64,000 nucleotides of DNA from Tubiluchus corallicola (taxonomy: Eukaryota > Animalia > Priapulida), in the NCBI GenBank assembly GCA_030141605.1, contig JAQGDQ010000153.1, positions 124,001 to 188,000 on the forward strand, read 5' to 3'. Of this stretch, positions 60,881-64,000 are shown piece by piece (the stretch's first letter is position 1; each line of letters begins with the position of its first letter). The notes under the pieces were generated by a model that worked only from the letters and a program-made list of their open reading frames with translations, did not search any database and was not told the DNA's origin. Made by a program: the position numbers and the translations under genes.

Positions 60881-62686
60881 TTATAGAAAGTGCAGATGAT
60901 GCACATACTGTGGCATCAGCTTCCATTGCCTCACTGGTTTGTGTGCCCTTTTACTTGCTTGCATCTGATGGCAACCAACTTTCCAATGCTGCATGGAGTA
61001 AGTCAGAATGGCTTGATTGCATCCTTGTCTTTGACACTGTGCTGCTCTATGTCTGCCAGGATTTAGACAATTGAAACAAAGATGTTTTTCCTTGACGTAT
61101 TGGAGACGAGCATCATCTGTCATTTTCTTGAATTTTCCACATGCTCTGAGATGGTGATTTTCCTTACACATCAGACATGTCTTTGAAGCTGGCTGGTCAG
61201 GTCTCTTCTCTTTACTTGGAGTTTCAACTGAAGAACTTGAATAGCTGACAAAACTCTTTACAGGATCCTTTTTGTTTTTGTAATCTTTGGCATTATCGCT
61301 ACCGCTCTTACTGACCTTTCGAGCATCAGACAAGCAGCCGTACACAGGATGAGACATCTCTTCAGAAACTTCTTGAACAAAGTTCTTTACATCAAACATG
61401 TCTGGGTTCCTGTGTTCTGATCTTGCAGTTTGAGTAACCTTAGTCTGCCATCTGCTTTGATATTTGTATGGTAGCTTTTTGATCACGTCCAAGATGTTTG
61501 CTTGAGTGTTAAGCTCCCCGAGACTATTCATTGACCATAGTGTCTCTATACAACTATTTAGCAGATCAGAAAAGTCACGTAATTTCTCTGGTTCACTTGG
61601 CATAATGCTTCCAAACTCTTTTAATTTGTTTACCCAAGCTTGTGTTATGATGTAGGGCTGGCCAAAGCGTTCTGCCAACAATCGCTTAGCATGGGCATAT
61701 GCAGTGTGTGGTTCCATATAGTTGCACCTTTCAATGACTTGCTTAGCCCTGCCTGTGCACAATTGTAGTAGACGACTAAACCTTGCAGACTCATCTGTAG
61801 TGTAACACTCTATGCTAGCCTCTAGTCTTCTCATAAAACGCCAGTAATGTAATGGATTGCCGTCAAAAACGTCAACTTCTACTTTAGGCAAATGTAGTGT
61901 CTGGTAGATACTATTCTGTTGTCTTTGACCTTCCATCGTAAAGTTGATCATAGCACTGAGGTCAGGATTGTGTGATGTGGACGGCTCATCCATAATATTA
62001 GCTGCAAATCTGGGAGTAGAACCCTCCATATGATTATTGTTGCCGTTCGTTGGAGATGCACGATGTGGAATAAAATGCGGAGCCATTGCACTCAAGTTTC
62101 TCATCTGTCTACTGGGAGGCATATTTTCAGAGCGATTTTCATGTTTGAATTTTCGAAAGTCATGCATGAGTGGTTGTACACGTGTCTGATATATTTGTCT
62201 CCAAACATCTACATAACGAGAAAAATGCGATGCTTCATGGCGACGCAGCACTTCCATATTCATCCAAGGCTTCTGCTGACCAATAAAGTGTACTACCTTG
62301 ACATCTCTTTCAAACCGGCGCATTGCAGCAATGTAACCATACCTTGCATCATCATCAACATTGACCATATTGTAAGTATATGGAAGATGTTTGTCGAAAT
62401 CGCCTGCCCATTTACGGAAAAACATATTCAGCAGTCCCTGATCACCTCCATCAAAGCTACCATTTTGACAAGCAAATGCTAGTAACTGTTCATATGGTGT
62501 CACATCCGGCTTAAACACGAAAACACCAGAATTGAATAAGTCTGGCCAGTCAACGTCAGGAGCTGCGGATAATTCCTGCCTCTGAAATAAATCATCTATG
62601 TTTGCCATAACCAAAGTGTCAGCATCAAGGAAAACACATTTACTAAACTGTGTAAGTTTCCAGCAATGCAGTTTCGTGAAACTCAC
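60881..62686 (-). CDS. Glycogenin-like GT8 domain fused in frame to Bel/Pao Gag (DUF1759 + CCHC knuckles)
   Basis: 601-aa ORF: residues 1-174 glycogenin-like (FTKLHCW, CVFLDADTLV, FNSGVFV, SFDGGDQGLLN, KHLPYTYN, KVVHFIG--KPW); then LPKVEVDVFDGNPLHY...; CLMCKENHHLRAC and CFNCLNPGRHRAAQC. Confidence 0.9.
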   Translation of the reverse strand: MSFTKLHCWKLTQFSKCVFLDADTLVMANIDDLFQRQELSAAPDVDWPDLFNSGVFVFKPDVTPYEQLLAFACQNGSFDGGDQGLLNMFFRKWAGDFDKHLPYTYNMVNVDDDARYGYIAAMRRFERDVKVVHFIGQQKPWMNMEVLRRHEASHFSRYVDVWRQIYQTRVQPLMHDFRKFKHENRSENMPPSRQMRNLSAMAPHFIPHRASPTNGNNNHMEGSTPRFAANIMDEPSTSHNPDLSAMINFTMEGQRQQNSIYQTLHLPKVEVDVFDGNPLHYWRFMRRLEASIECYTTDESARFSRLLQLCTGRAKQVIERCNYMEPHTAYAHAKRLLAERFGQPYIITQAWVNKLKEFGSIMPSEPEKLRDFSDLLNSCIETLWSMNSLGELNTQANILDVIKKLPYKYQSRWQTKVTQTARSEHRNPDMFDVKNFVQEVSEEMSHPVYGCLSDARKVSKSGSDNAKDYKNKKDPVKSFVSYSSSSVETPSKEKRPDQPASKTCLMCKENHHLRACGKFKKMTDDARLQYVKEKHLCFNCLNPGRHRAAQCQRQGCNQAILTYSMQHWKVGCHQMQASKRAHKPVRQWKLMPQYVHHLHFL

Positions 62687-62923
62687 ACCCAGCTCAGGTC
62701 GTCCCTATGCACTTAGATTTTCATGATCCAAACTGTCAATGATGTCAAAGGTCTCCACCTGATCAAAAGTCTTTTGAAGAAGACCCTTCACCTGGTCAGA
62801 CACATCAGCAGATATCAGGATTACTAACTGTCGTTGTGTGCCAGTCTGCTTCAATGAATTGGCAAGTACCATAGCAGCTGTTGCATACTGATCGTTGGTT
62901 GCTAGCATAACATAAGCCTCGTC
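62165..62923 (-). pseudogene. GYG: Captured intronless glycogenin catalytic domain with one in-frame TAG (62705-62707)
   Basis: DEAYVMLATNDQYATAAMVLANSLKQTGTQRQLVIL...DSLDHENLSA*GRPELGVSFTKLHCW is collinear with the glycogenin N-terminus as I recall it (AFVTLTTNDAYAKGALVLG...RPELGVTLTKLHCW). Confidence 0.9.
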
Positions 62924-62967
62924 TACTGATATTCTATCACACAATGAAGACTTCTTAAACCATTCTG

Positions 62968-63492
62968 TCACTTTAGTTTTACATGCAACTTTGTCAAATT
63001 TAACTTTAAAAAACTTTTCTGGCTTGCAGTCAGTTTATCAATATCACTTCCCAAATTACTCTCATTTTCAAGCCGCTTTTGCTTCACTTTTAGTGCTTGC
63101 AGTTTTAATTCACACTCCTGAATTTTTAATTCATTGTCCTTGAGTTTGCGAGAATTCTCAGAAAGCTTCCCACCAGTTTTAAAACTCGAGTAACCACTTT
63201 TGGAAATTCTCGACCGAGTGTTTGTGGTGTGTTGCTCCCCCATGCTACCTGTAGCATGTAGCTGCTGCATGTGGCTGACTGTAGCTTCGGCCTTGAAACT
63301 ACCTGTGGGGGGTGGGCTGTCCACTGCTGGCACATGATGAGCAATAATTCTCTCCACTAGTTCAGCTTTAATTCCACCAACTGCTAAGCCTTTCTGACGA
63401 AGTATTTCTTTTAATTGTTCTCTGGTTTTTGTTTTCAGTTCTTCTTCTGTGTATTGCTTTTCAGCCAGTTCATAAAATTTAGGCTCTACCAT
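62968..63492 (-). CDS. Element N-terminal ORF: SAP domain + coiled coil
   Basis: LKTKTREQLKEILRQKGLAVGGIKAELVERI matches the SAP consensus (L..LK..L+.+GL...G.K.EL+.R); ATG at 63492; ends in a -1 frame overlap with the glycogenin ORF. Confidence 0.75.
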   Translation of the reverse strand: MVEPKFYELAEKQYTEEELKTKTREQLKEILRQKGLAVGGIKAELVERIIAHHVPAVDSPPPTGSFKAEATVSHMQQLHATGSMGEQHTTNTRSRISKSGYSSFKTGGKLSENSRKLKDNELKIQECELKLQALKVKQKRLENESNLGSDIDKLTASQKSFLKLNLTKLHVKLK

Positions 63493-63741
63493 TATAAACA
63501 AGCTGTGAAAAATTTATACTAGACAAATAAACCAGTTACTGCTGAATCTAGGTCACAGAACTCAAACCAGGTATTGCAGATTTTCAATGCCACTGTCTGA
63601 TCAACACCAGGCTTGTAGGCTGTACAGCTTGTCCTGTATAACAAATGCAGTCATCATTGCTGTCCATGTCTGACTTTGTACTCAGCAAACCTTCTCCTGT
63701 CCTGTAGTTTTCCCAACAAGAATGGTAGAAGGATATAAAAC

Positions 63742-64000
63742 TGTGAGAGACTACTACTTCATGATGCCCAAAGTCAAAAATTCATGTTTGAGTAGCTTTA
63801 TTACGTTTTATCTGTAAAAAAATATAACAAAATATAACAAACTAATTTGAGCCAAAAAGAAAACAAAGAAATTAATAATAAAGTGAGACTGAATAATCAA
63901 AATAAACTTACATCATGGCTCTACTACTCTTGACAAATAAATGGTTTAACTGAGACAAAACAACAACAACAACTCTCTTAGCCAAGAACAGACTGCCAAC
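63742..64000 (-). repeat. 5' LTR (partial; continues beyond the window)
   Basis: Matches 58034-58290 except for two substitutions and one AAC-unit indel by eye. Confidence 0.95.

Larger units (their letters stand above)
58034..64000 (-). mobile_element. Bel/Pao LTR retrotransposon carrying a captured glycogenin (GT8) domain; defective copy; 5' LTR runs off the window
   Basis: LTRs 58034-58434 and 63742->64000; PPT; order SAP/coiled-coil - GT8 - DUF1759 gag - Zn knuckles - protease (AFLDGGSNRSF) - RT (KTRIVFDC, YIDD) - partial integrase (PHTGGVWEHLIKSVK) - DUF5641-like tail (FWQRWKKEY...IQEGDIVLI...WALGRV). Confidence 0.95.

Noticed and set aside
62165-62923. Interpretation as the host's own glycogenin gene
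   Set aside because: It is intronless, lacks its own stop and the C-terminal glycogen-synthase-binding tail, is fused to Gag and lies between LTRs.
1-64000. CRISPR arrays or prokaryotic operons
   Set aside because: The sequence is eukaryotic with spliceosomal introns; no repeat-spacer periodicity was seen.

Overview
AT-rich, intron-rich genomic DNA from an invertebrate animal (probably a protostome; not determinable further). It holds three host genes. (1) A tropomyosin gene on the minus strand (613-23494) with three alternative starts, four mutually exclusive 118-nt exons and two mutually exclusive 71-nt exons; one start resembles the atypical Drosophila Tm1-I/C N-terminus. (2) TAF5 with a single-exon CDS on the minus strand (28614-30626). 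(3) A multi-exon NSD/Mes-4 family H3K36 methyltransferase on the plus strand (~40026 to >58011). The standout is a Bel/Pao LTR retrotransposon (58034 to beyond the window end, minus strand, near-identical LTRs) inserted 22 nt after an NSD splice donor. Its gag region carries an intronless, complete glycogenin-type GT8 catalytic domain between a SAP/coiled-coil N-terminus and the DUF1759/zinc-knuckle Gag core, in frame with the Gag core. The window also has a stand-alone intact LINE-type AP-endonuclease ORF in an NSD intron, an RTE LINE fragment, several MITEs, tRNA-derived SINE-like pieces, microsatellites and a 226-bp tandem duplication. All family assignments come from recognising motifs by eye; no searches were run.
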